Below, piece after piece: positions 63,469 to 64,000 of a stretch of 64,000 nucleotides of DNA. The notes under the pieces were generated by a model. The model was given only the letters and a program-made list of their open reading frames with translations, was not told the origin of the DNA and made no database searches. Origin of the DNA: Eledone cirrhosa (taxonomy: Eukaryota); assembly GCA_964016885.1 (NCBI GenBank), contig OZ024741.1, positions 323,578,001-323,642,000 on the forward strand. Direction: 5' to 3'. Made by a program: the position numbers and the translations under genes. The number at the start of each line of letters is the position of its first letter. Within the stretch, counting starts at the first letter, position 1.

Positions 63469-64000
63469 GTTTATATATATATACATATATATATAGTGTA
63501 GATGATTCAGTGAATTACTGGTGTTGGTACCATTCTATGCACAGGTAGAGTGTATGTTTTTTAGTCATATGGCATTTCAGATCGATAGTGGAGTCGGGTC
63601 CATAACTCCTATGGGTGACTTTGAGCCAATCCTCTGCGGGACGCGCGTAACAGGTCGATACACAATAAATATCATATACATGTAAACGAAACTTGCTCGT
63701 TTTTTTCTTCTAATATATATATATATATATGGCATCAAAAAGCGTGGTTGGCCCAACGGGAGTGAGAGTAGTTCACGTTAGGACCCCATTCGAGAAGAAA
63801 ATCTCTGCGACTCGATGGCAGTCAATGATGTTGACCAGTTCTTCTTTTTGAATACCCGTCACCGTTGTTCAGACAGTGAGATTGGTACAGTGCAAGCTTC
63901 AAGCACAGGCATAACCTGATCTAAACGACTTTCATGAGTGTTGAGTGAACATCGCCTTTTCTTTTTTCTTTCGCTGCAACATACGTAGAAAGGACTCTAA

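Overview
AT-rich, repeat-saturated eukaryotic DNA with no intact protein-coding gene. The SINE families and the (TA)n/(CA)n/(GA)n/(CATA)n load look like a cephalopod (octopus-type) genome; this is an inference. Most ORF-track entries are microsatellite artefacts. Real content: two decayed Penelope-like elements (PLEs; RT plus GIY-YIG), three GIY-YIG fragments, RTE-, I-group- and R4/Dong-like LINE relics, two tRNA-SINE families, non-autonomous Helitrons, a hAT MITE with an 8-bp TSD, and one plausible host exon on the minus strand. The main hidden structure is about 40 type I hammerhead-ribozyme (HHR) motifs, intact or degenerate and counted by eye, from more than a dozen sequence families. They mostly sit in non-coding ~430-660 bp units between (TA)n tracts. 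These units form fold-back, partial-tandem and circularly permuted cassettes, consistent with PLE pseudo-LTRs or retrozyme-like non-autonomous RNAs. Recurrent core variants occur (CCGANGA; U3-A8), and one RTE-like non-coding family has a candidate HDV-like fold. All folds were paired by eye; no activity is shown.
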